Origin: an uncultured Kiritimatiellota bacterium
GTDB taxonomy: Bacteria; Verrucomicrobiota; Kiritimatiellia; RFP12; DVOR01
Length of the DNA stretch: 64,000 nucleotides
NCBI GenBank assembly: GCA_944389945.1
Contig: CALXOF010000011.1
Location: 539-64,538 of the forward strand
Direction: 5' to 3'
Shown: one piece after another, positions 58,534 through 64,000 of the stretch
Layout: each line of letters opens with the position of its first letter
How positions within the stretch are numbered: position 1 is the stretch's first letter
The notes under the pieces: model-generated
Databases searched by the model: none
Told to the model about the DNA's origin: nothing
What the model saw: the letters and a program-made list of their open reading frames with translations, nothing else
Position numbers and translations under genes: made by a program

Positions 58534-60306
58534 TCAGGGATGGTGTTCGGCGGGAGGCTCGGCGGTCACATTGTCGCAGGCGCGGAGGGTGAGCCATTGG
58601 CGGTTCCAGTGGTAGGGGGCATAGTCGGTGTTGCGCACCAGGCGGTTGCCCGTGACGGTCAGTCCGTCGACGCTTTTGGCGAAGACGAGGGGGGCGTCGA
58701 AGGCGACGAAGGTGTTGCCGGTGATGCGGATGTCGCCGTGGAGGCGGCGCTTCTGGGCGGCGAGGTCGGGGATTTCGGGGCAGATGCTGATGACGGCCTC
58801 GGTGAATTGGAAGGGGGAGGTGAGCGCATTGACGAAGAGGTTGCCTTGGATGAGGACATCTTTGGCGGCGCCGGTTTCGTACCATCCGTTGCAGTCGCCG
58901 CAGATGAGGATGGCGCTGCCGCTGGTGTGGTCGAAGAGGTTGTTCAGGCAGCGCACCGGCTTGGGCGTGGAGAAGAGGGCGCCGCGGGCGCGGTTGTCGG
59001 CGATGCGGTTGCCGATGAAGTCGACGCTTGGGGTGCGGGTGAGGTTCTCGATGCCCCAGGCCTCTTGGGCGGGGTCGATCTCCGGCGGGAGGGGGTCGCG
59101 GAAGGTGAGGCGGAGGCGTTTGGCGCCGTCGCGGACGGTGGGTTTGTCCAGCGCCGTGACGGTTTGCAGAATGTTGTCCGCGCCCGGCGCATGCTCCATG
59201 GTACGCGAGCGGATGAAGGTGACGGCCTCGCCGGGGGCGCCCCATTCCATGCCATAGGATTGGCCGTGCATGTAGGCGCATTCCAGGGTGCGGTCGTCCA
59301 CGCGGCGGATCAGGCGCAGATAGGTGCCGTGCACGTTGATGGCGTCGTCCATCATGCCCACGAATTCGCCCGCCGTGCAGCGGATGTGGCCGGAACATCC
59401 GGAGAAGTGCAGGGCGTCGGCCTGGGTGGAGAAGGCGCGCCCTTTGGCGCGGTTGGGCACCACGCGGATGCGTTCGAGGGTGATGGTCTCGGTGTTTTGC
59501 CCCAGCACGCCCATGCCATCGGCGGCGTGGAGGGTCACGTCGCGGAGGGTCACGTCGCGCGAATCCGAGAGGACGATTCCCGGCGCGGGGCGTTCGCCGG
59601 TGCGCAGGGCCATGCGTTGGCCCGGGCGGAAGGCGCGATGGGCGCAGCCGGCCGCCGTGAAGGAGCCATCGGCGTTCCGCGAGACGCGGGCGAGGCTGAA
59701 GCCCAGGTCCGACGTGCGGTAGGCGATGCGGCCGTCGGCCTCGAAGAGGATGCCGCCGCCGGGGCTGACGCGGAAATCCGGACCGGTAAAGAAGAGGCGT
59801 GTGCCCTCGAGCGTGGGGTTGGCCTCCGGCAGGAGGGTGAAGGTGACGGTTTGGGCCGCGGCGTCCACCGCCGTCAGGTTGATCTGCGTCATCGGCTGCG
59901 TTTCGCAGTCGATGGTCAGGCCCTGCACCGTCACGTTCGCGCTGTCCCAGACGCCCAGGGCGATGATACGACCCCGCAGGTTGATGAAGGCGCCCTCCGC
60001 GCGCACCGTCAGGTCGCGGATGCCTTCCAGCGGCAGGAAGACGCGCCGGGGGTTCGTTTGGTCGTGGTTGGAAATGAACCACGTCCGCGTCTGGCATTGC
60101 GCCGCGCCCACGTCGTAGCGGCCGGGCTCGAGGAGGAGGGTCTTGTCGCCTTCCGTCCGGCGCAAATCCTCCACCAGGCGAGCCACCTGCCCCGCCGAGA
60201 AGGCGTTCCCGGGCACAATGCCGTAATCCGCGGCCCGGAAGGCCGCCGCACCCTGCGCCGACGCGGCCATCGCCGCCGCCAACACCGTCATCGCAATCGT
60301 TTTCAT
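58534..60306 (-). CDS. Secreted right-handed parallel beta-helix (pectate-lyase-fold) protein, likely glycoside hydrolase/lyase
   Basis: Signal peptide MKTIAMTVLAAAMAASAQGAAA. Recurring NN/N..F..G..IxG beta-helix turn pattern. Confidence 0.6.
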   Translation of the reverse strand: MKTIAMTVLAAAMAASAQGAAAFRAADYGIVPGNAFSAGQVARLVEDLRRTEGDKTLLLEPGRYDVGAAQCQTRTWFISNHDQTNPRRVFLPLEGIRDLTVRAEGAFINLRGRIIALGVWDSANVTVQGLTIDCETQPMTQINLTAVDAAAQTVTFTLLPEANPTLEGTRLFFTGPDFRVSPGGGILFEADGRIAYRTSDLGFSLARVSRNADGSFTAAGCAHRAFRPGQRMALRTGERPAPGIVLSDSRDVTLRDVTLHAADGMGVLGQNTETITLERIRVVPNRAKGRAFSTQADALHFSGCSGHIRCTAGEFVGMMDDAINVHGTYLRLIRRVDDRTLECAYMHGQSYGMEWGAPGEAVTFIRSRTMEHAPGADNILQTVTALDKPTVRDGAKRLRLTFRDPLPPEIDPAQEAWGIENLTRTPSVDFIGNRIADNRARGALFSTPKPVRCLNNLFDHTSGSAILICGDCNGWYETGAAKDVLIQGNLFVNALTSPFQFTEAVISICPEIPDLAAQKRRLHGDIRITGNTFVAFDAPLVFAKSVDGLTVTGNRLVRNTDYAPYHWNRQWLTLRACDNVTAEPPAEHHP

Positions 60307-60682
60307 GGCACGAGTTTAACATATCCATGCGCGCGGCCGGGGCACGCGCGGCAGATTCCTTCATGGGACGGCTCTGCCGTATGCAGGCGCAGGACTGCCA
60401 AGATGGGAAACCGCAGATTTCGCAGATTAGGGCAGATTGAGGGCGTGCTGGCGCACGCAGGACTGCCAGAATAGTTTTATCACAAAGGCCACAAAGAACC
60501 ACAAGGGCCACAAAGGAAATTGGCTGATTGGCTGATTAGCTGATTGGAAGGCGTCGCGGTAGGACATATAGGACGGGGTGGCTAATGCCGCCCTGTATGT
60601 ACAGCGGCCTCTTCGTCGCCCCGGAGGGGCGGGCCAAGCCTCCAAGCCTCTAAACTTCCAAGCTTCCCACAGCGGGGCGCTT

Positions 60683-61135
60683 TTAGCGCTCCGCTGTGTG
60701 CTGTCCGGGGGTGGCGAGGTAGGTGGGGAGGTCGTCAATGAGGTGGGCGGGGAGGAGGTTGGCGGCTTTGAGGGAGGGGGCGTCGAAGGGGACCCAGGCG
60801 AAGGCAATCCAGGGCTCGGCGGCGGGGAGGGCCGCGGGGGGCGGGGGCAGGGTGGAGACGTCGAGGCGGAAGATGAGGTTGATCTCGCAGTGGCGTTCGC
60901 CGCCTTGGACGAAGGCGTTTTCGGTGACGGCGAGGAAGTCGCCGGCGGTGGAGTCCAGGCCGAGTTCTTCCTTGACTTCACGGACGAGGGCCTGTCGGCC
61001 GGTCTCGTTGAACTCGATGTGTCCGCCGGGGAGGTAGGCGCGGCCGCCTTTGGCGGGTTTGCAGAGGAGGATGTGACCATCGCGGATGCAGACGCCGCGG
61101 GCGATGGTCTCGATGTTGGCGTTTTCGTAGGACAT
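60683..61135 (-). CDS. NUDIX hydrolase
   Basis: Nudix box GGHIEFNETGRQALVREVKEELGL. Confidence 0.85.
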   Translation of the reverse strand: MSYENANIETIARGVCIRDGHILLCKPAKGGRAYLPGGHIEFNETGRQALVREVKEELGLDSTAGDFLAVTENAFVQGGERHCEINLIFRLDVSTLPPPPAALPAAEPWIAFAWVPFDAPSLKAANLLPAHLIDDLPTYLATPGQHTAER

Positions 61136-61533
61136 AGCGTGGAAGTTTGGAAGTTTGGAGGCTTGGAAGTTTGGAGGAGCCCCGGAGGTTGAAGCCCGAG
61201 CCGCCGCCGTTGGCGGCGATGAGACCGAACGTTGCGCGGCACCCGCAAAGGGCACAAAGGACTGCCAGGATGGGGAACCGCCGATTCCGCCGATTGGAGC
61301 CGATTAGGGGCCGGCTGCCGCCGGCAGGACTGCCAGAGGGCGCTACGCGCCCGGAGAACAGAGCGTGCAGGCCCGAAGGGACAAACCTTCCACGGCTACG
61401 GAGAACGGAGCGCCCCTGCGGGGCGACGAAAAATCGGAAGCCAGAGGCGGTTTGCCGGTCGCCCCGGAGGGGCGGAACCAAGCATCCAAGCCTCGAAGCT
61501 TCCAAGCTTCCCGCGTAAGGGCGCGGGGCGCCC

Positions 61534-62550
61534 TTACGCGTCGTAGCCGTTGGGGTTCATGGACTGCCACTTCCAGGAGGAAGCGCACATGTCGTCGAGG
61601 GTGTGGGTGGCTTGCCAGCCGAGGAGTTCCTTGGCGTAGGTGGGGTCGGCGTAGCACTCGGGGGCGTCGCCGGGGCGGCGGTCGACGATCTCGTAGGGGA
61701 TTTCCTTGCCGCAGGCGCGGGAGAAGGCGTGGATCATGTCGAGGACGGAGTAGCCGGTGCCGGTGCCGAGGTTGACGGTGTAGATGGCGCCGGGCTCCTG
61801 CTCGAGCTTCTTGAGGGCGGCGAGGTGGCCGCGGGCGAGGTCGACGACGTGGATGTAGTCGCGCACGCCGGTGCCGTCCTTGGTGGGGTAGTCGTTGCCG
61901 AAGACGCGGACCTTGGGGAGGCGGCCGACGGCGACCTGGGCGATGTAGGGCATGAGGTTGTTGGGGATGCCGTTGGGGTTTTCGCCGATGCGGCCGCTGG
62001 GGTGGGCGCCGACGGGGTTGAAGTAGCGCAGGAGCATGACGCCGAGGTCGGGCTCGGCGACGTGGACGTCGGAGAGGACGCGCTCGAGGAAGAGCTTGGT
62101 GGCGCCGTAGGGGTTGAGGGCGCCGGTGGAGCAGTGTTCGTCGAGGGGGACCTTCTCGGGCATGCCGTAGACGGTGGCGGAGGAGGAGAAGACGATGTTG
62201 CGGCAGCCGTACTGCTTCATGAGCTTGAGCAGGTTGAAGGTGCCGGTCATATTGTTGTGATAGTAGAAGAGGGGCTTGGCGACGGATTCACCGACGGCCT
62301 TGAGGCCGGCGAAGTGGATGACGGCGTCGTAGTGGGCGGCCTTGAAGACGGCTTCGAGGGCGTCGTAGTCGAGGAGGTCGACTTTGTGGAAGATGGGTGC
62401 GCGGCCGGCGAGCTCGGCGCCGCGGCGGACGGCCTCTTCCTGGGAGTTGTAGAGGTTGTCGACGATGGTGACGTCGTAGCCCGCCTGGAGGAGCTCGATG
62501 ACGGTGTGGGTGCCGATATATCCGGCGCCGCCGGTGACGAGGATGTGCAT
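61534..62550 (-). CDS. galE: UDP-glucose 4-epimerase (GalE)
   Basis: MHILVTGGAGYIGTHTV Rossmann motif, YxxxK, and the conserved GalE C-terminal region. Confidence 0.9.
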   Translation of the reverse strand: MHILVTGGAGYIGTHTVIELLQAGYDVTIVDNLYNSQEEAVRRGAELAGRAPIFHKVDLLDYDALEAVFKAAHYDAVIHFAGLKAVGESVAKPLFYYHNNMTGTFNLLKLMKQYGCRNIVFSSSATVYGMPEKVPLDEHCSTGALNPYGATKLFLERVLSDVHVAEPDLGVMLLRYFNPVGAHPSGRIGENPNGIPNNLMPYIAQVAVGRLPKVRVFGNDYPTKDGTGVRDYIHVVDLARGHLAALKKLEQEPGAIYTVNLGTGTGYSVLDMIHAFSRACGKEIPYEIVDRRPGDAPECYADPTYAKELLGWQATHTLDDMCASSWKWQSMNPNGYDA

Positions 62551-62567
62551 GGTGCGTTCCTTTCGTG

Positions 62568-63473
62568 TTACCATTCAGCGTTAAAGGCGACCGAGCTTTC
62601 GCCCGGCTGGAGAGGGGTGGCGAGGAGGGGTTCGTTCGCGTAGAGTCGCGCGATGTCCGCTTCCAACGTTTCCCAATTAGGATAGCGCAAAGTGCGGTCT
62701 TTGGCAAGCATGCGATTGAGCATGAGCGCGAGTGCGCGGGGGACGGAGGGTACGAGTGTGCGGGGGTCGCGGGCGAAGTTGGGGCCGATGTGGGCGTCGA
62801 CGACCTGCTGGTCGGTCTTGCCGGGGAAGAGGGAGGTGCCGGTGAGGAGGTGGTAGGCGGTGGCGCCGAGGGAGTAGATGTCTGCGCGGCAGTCGAGGTC
62901 GGGGAGGTCGTAGATCTGGTCTGGGCTGATGTAGGCGGGGGTGCCCATGATCTCGCCAGCGGCGTCGGCGCCGGAGCCGCGCGCGGCGGTGAGGAGGGAG
63001 CGCGAGATGCCCAGGTCCATGAGCTTGACGGTGCCGTCGGCGTCGACCATCAGGTTGTCGGGCTTGAGGTCGCAGTGGACGACGCGGAACTTCTGCCAGG
63101 CGTATTCGAGCGCGGCGCAGACGGCCTCGAGGATGATGAGGACGTCGCCGACGGCCACCTGGCCCTTGCGGCGGAGGTAGCTGGCGAAGGTGTAGCCCTC
63201 GACAAGCTCCATGACGAAGTAGTAAATGCCTTGCTCCTGGCCGACGTCGTAGACGCGGACGATGTTGCGGTGGCGGAAGCGGGCGGCGGCCTTGGCCTCG
63301 TTCACGAAGCGGTCGATGTCTTCGGAGGTGCGCACGAAGTCGGCGTCGAGGACCTTGACGGCGACCTCGCGGCCCGTGGAGAGCTGGCGCGCGCGGTAGA
63401 CGATGGCGGTGCCGCCGCGGCCGATCTCGGCCTCCAGACGCAGGTTCGGAAGCGAGACGCCTTCCTCACTCAT
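62568..63473 (-). CDS. Serine/threonine protein kinase (kinase domain only)
   Basis: GRGGTAIVYRA..VAVK, HRNIVRVYD, HCDLKPDNLMV, DLG, GTPAYISPD. Start MSEEGVS at residue 73 of the track ORF; upstream part is low-complexity. Confidence 0.8.
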   Translation of the reverse strand: MSEEGVSLPNLRLEAEIGRGGTAIVYRARQLSTGREVAVKVLDADFVRTSEDIDRFVNEAKAAARFRHRNIVRVYDVGQEQGIYYFVMELVEGYTFASYLRRKGQVAVGDVLIILEAVCAALEYAWQKFRVVHCDLKPDNLMVDADGTVKLMDLGISRSLLTAARGSGADAAGEIMGTPAYISPDQIYDLPDLDCRADIYSLGATAYHLLTGTSLFPGKTDQQVVDAHIGPNFARDPRTLVPSVPRALALMLNRMLAKDRTLRYPNWETLEADIARLYANEPLLATPLQPGESSVAFNAEW

Positions 63474-64000
63474 CTTCGAGCACCACCGTGAGCGCGAGGA
63501 GCGCGTAGCTGGTGGAGAGGGCGGGGTCGCCCTCCCAGTAGCGATTGCTGGTGTTAACCCACGAGCCGTCGGGCTTCTGGCGCTTGAGGATGGCGCGGAC
63601 GAGCTCCTCGCGCCAATCGACCTCGCCGCCGTCCGCGAGCGGGAGTTTGTCCACCTGCGCGGCGTCGAGGGCGCGCGCCAGTACGTCATAATAGAAGTAG
63701 AGGCCCTGGTTGCCCTGGCCGGCGTTCTCGTCGGTGGACCAATGCTTACCCAGCCACTGGAGGGCCGAACGCACGCGCGGGTCGTCGCGGGAGAGCTGAC
63801 AGTGGAGCATGGCCAGGAGCCCGGCGTAGGTCATCGAGCCGTAGGAACGGAGCGTCTCGCCCTCGCGCGGGGTCTCGCGATTGTAGAGGAAGCCGCCGGC
63901 GTCCTCGCCCTCGGCCTGCTGCATGGAGAGGATGTAGCGCTTGGCCTTGTCCCAATCGATGTCGACGCGCTTGCCGCCGGGGCGGACCTCCTCCACGTCG
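63466..64000 (-). CDS. Prenyltransferase/squalene-oxidase-repeat (alpha/alpha toroid) protein, 5' end outside window
   Basis: QKPDGSW and GGFLYNRETP...YAGLLAM QW-type repeats; ORF runs off the window end. Confidence 0.5.
   Translation of the reverse strand, partial: DVEEVRPGGKRVDIDWDKAKRYILSMQQAEGEDAGGFLYNRETPREGETLRSYGSMTYAGLLAMLHCQLSRDDPRVRSALQWLGKHWSTDENAGQGNQGLYFYYDVLARALDAAQVDKLPLADGGEVDWREELVRAILKRQKPDGSWVNTSNRYWEGDPALSTSYALLALTVVLEDE

Noticed and set aside
58540-60474. 644-aa plus-strand ORF
   Set aside because: Shadow of the beta-helix gene on the minus strand, which has a signal peptide and N-rich beta-helix turns.
6135-61430. CRISPR array hypothesis for the CCGTTCTCCGTTTTCCG tracts
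   Set aside because: Units are 7 bp, directly abutting with no spacers, and dispersed as single short tracts. There are no cas genes in the window.
63466-63996. Treating the MEEVRPGG start of the last ORF as the true N-terminus
   Set aside because: The track M is a GTG at the window edge. The reading frame is open to position 64000 and the domain (QW-repeat toroid) is normally much larger, so the gene is reported as truncated by the window.
1-64000. tRNA, rRNA or other structured RNA genes
   Set aside because: Scanning by eye found no T-loop-like GGTTCGAATCC-type motifs or rRNA-like segments. Small RNAs cannot be excluded without covariance-model searches.

Overview
This 64-kb window is high-GC (about 65%) bacterial chromosome, mostly recognisable housekeeping genes on the minus strand, with several unusual regions listed under findings. 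I had no tools, so every family assignment rests on motifs read by eye from the six-frame translations and is provisional. The gene content suggests a bacterium of the PVC type (Verrucomicrobiota, Lentisphaerota, Kiritimatiellota or Planctomycetota). The evidence is an HX9DG-type prepilin-like gene fused in an operon to a 4005-aa secreted giant protein, ankyrin, Sel1 and TPR repeat proteins, and no obvious Shine-Dalgarno-rich leaders.

Recognisable housekeeping genes include uvrB, uvrC, miaA, lspA, folE, gpmI, galE, a radC-like gene, a MATE efflux pump, an ABC permease, an M24 peptidase and a NUDIX hydrolase. I read the sequence as follows.

- **Intergenic repeats.** Almost every intergenic region is built from a small vocabulary of short modular repeats. 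These are a triple-palindrome REP-like element (GACCACTATAGTGGTC), CCGTTCTCCGTTTTCCG heptamer tracts with GGGGCGCGTTAGCGCCCC hairpins, CCAAACTTCCAAACCTCC tracts, ACAAAGGCCACAAAG tracts, CCGCAGATTCCGCAGATT...GCAGGACTGCCAG, CCAATCAGCTAATCAG, and two longer units of about 40-100 bp. Some repeat copies run into the 3' ends of ORFs.
- **Low-GC island (about 42.1-49.0 kb).** A roughly 7-kb segment of clearly lower GC (about 50%) is flanked by 39-bp direct repeats. It carries a tightly coupled five-gene minus-strand operon of membrane proteins: a tail-anchored Ras-like P-loop GTPase, a 722-aa Sel1-repeat protein, a PrsW-family intramembrane protease, a coiled-coil single-pass protein with an unknown N-domain, and a DUF805 protein. 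This is my best candidate for an undescribed, horizontally acquired membrane system.
- **Inverted paralogous AAA-ATPase-like/PD-(D/E)XK genes.** Two paralogs sit about 10 kb apart in inverted orientation around folE, pepP, gpmI, a DUF4143 ATPase and a TPR gene. The second copy lies in a 2.1-kb segment bounded by 28-bp inverted repeats and is followed by a roughly 100-bp fragment of the TPR gene.
- **Other features.** These are a 283-bp tandem duplication covering the uvrB 3' end, a 9-bp x5.6 tandem repeat, and an orphan Flp/TadE/TadG pilin cluster. There is also a glycan-related block: ADP-ribosylglycohydrolase, a xylose-isomerase-like TIM barrel (possibly EboE-like), a TIGR04076-like small Cys protein, a CBM9-like/GH-like secreted protein and a beta-helix protein. 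A Ser/Thr kinase closes the window.

Many long ORFs on the opposite strand of real genes are GC-driven shadows and were rejected.
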